A DNA stretch of 23,027 bases from Octopus sinensis (lineage: Eukaryota): positions 1 through 23,027 of the forward strand of contig NW_021836691.1 in NCBI RefSeq assembly GCF_006345805.1, written 5' to 3'. Positions within the stretch are counted from its first letter, which is position 1. Each line of letters starts with the position of its first letter. Of the stretch, positions 22,345 through 23,027 are shown in pieces. Position numbers and translations under genes: made by a program. The notes below the pieces were generated by a model. The model was given only the letters and a program-made list of their open reading frames with translations. It did no database searches and was not told where the DNA came from.

Positions 22345-23027
22345 GTTCGCTCACTTATTCCAGCAGTTTTTTGCTGTTGATGCTGCCAGAACGAACAATC
22401 TTATCAGTAATGGCGGGAAATTGTGATGAATTTTGGCCGGTGACTACTGAGGGATGAGCATGTCCAAGTGATTTTTCATGTGTTCCTTTACCGTCCTTCA
22501 GTGCAATTTGTTTTACTTATATGCATATGTATGATGATAATCTGATATCTGACATCAAGTATCAGATATCGTTTTGATAGAGGACTCTTAAACATGGTGA
22601 AGCTTCGATCAAGGAATCTCTTCAGTATCAAGCAAATCTCAGAACTCCAGTACGCCGATACAACGTGGCACTCAATCGCTTGTGATTAGAACTGCAACAA
22701 GCTGTCAATAATTTCACCAATGTTTATCGCCGTAAATAATCGAAAATATCAAGTCCTCACATAACCAGCCCCGAATTTTGCCTTTCCGGACTTTAACATC
22801 ATTATTTTGGTAACATCACTGAAGCAATTAATCATTTTGTATACCTTGGAAGTATGCTCTCCGTCAAATGCAATTCTAAGAAAGATGTGCAACGAATCGG
22901 ATTAGCTTATTCAGCTGTCGGTAAACTAACAGAAGCGTGTTTTTAAAAACAAAGACTTAACTTTGAAGACGAAGATTATGGGCTACAAAGCTACTGTTAT
23001 ATCCACGCACTTATATGGTTATGAAAC
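22345..23027 (+). pseudogene. Decayed RTE-clade non-LTR retrotransposon reverse transcriptase, running off the window
   Basis: Frameshifted pieces: YRFDRGLLNMVKLRSRNLFSIKQISELQYAD (22567-22659), HFVYLGSMLS (YLGS 22842-22853)...RIGLAYSAVGKL, RVFKNKDLTLKTKIMGYKATVISTHLYGYE; these match RTE RT motifs YR.DG.LFN, (F/Y)ADD, YLGS, TK..VY...LLYG.E; left boundary approximate. Confidence 0.92.

Overview
AT-rich, microsatellite-saturated, non-coding animal DNA. The SINE families and repeat load suggest an octopus/coleoid cephalopod (inference from recall, not a search). I see no intact protein-coding gene; nearly all listed ORFs are simple-repeat read-through. Recognisable content: tRNA-derived SINEs of three or four families (two with clean target-site duplications), a decayed RTE-type LINE reverse transcriptase running off the right edge, a relic Penelope-type GIY-YIG C-terminus, TA-flanked CAGT...ACTG mini-transposons inside a ~190-bp-arm inverted repeat, and a three-copy tandem element ending in a hairpin whose loop is flipped in one copy. 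The most interesting signal is two unrelated long DNA palindromes (9689-10159 and 20818-21647). Each carries a type I hammerhead-ribozyme motif in both arms, facing outward, and further decayed hammerhead-like motifs are scattered through the window. These look like non-autonomous, fold-back Penelope-terminal-repeat/retrozyme-like elements.
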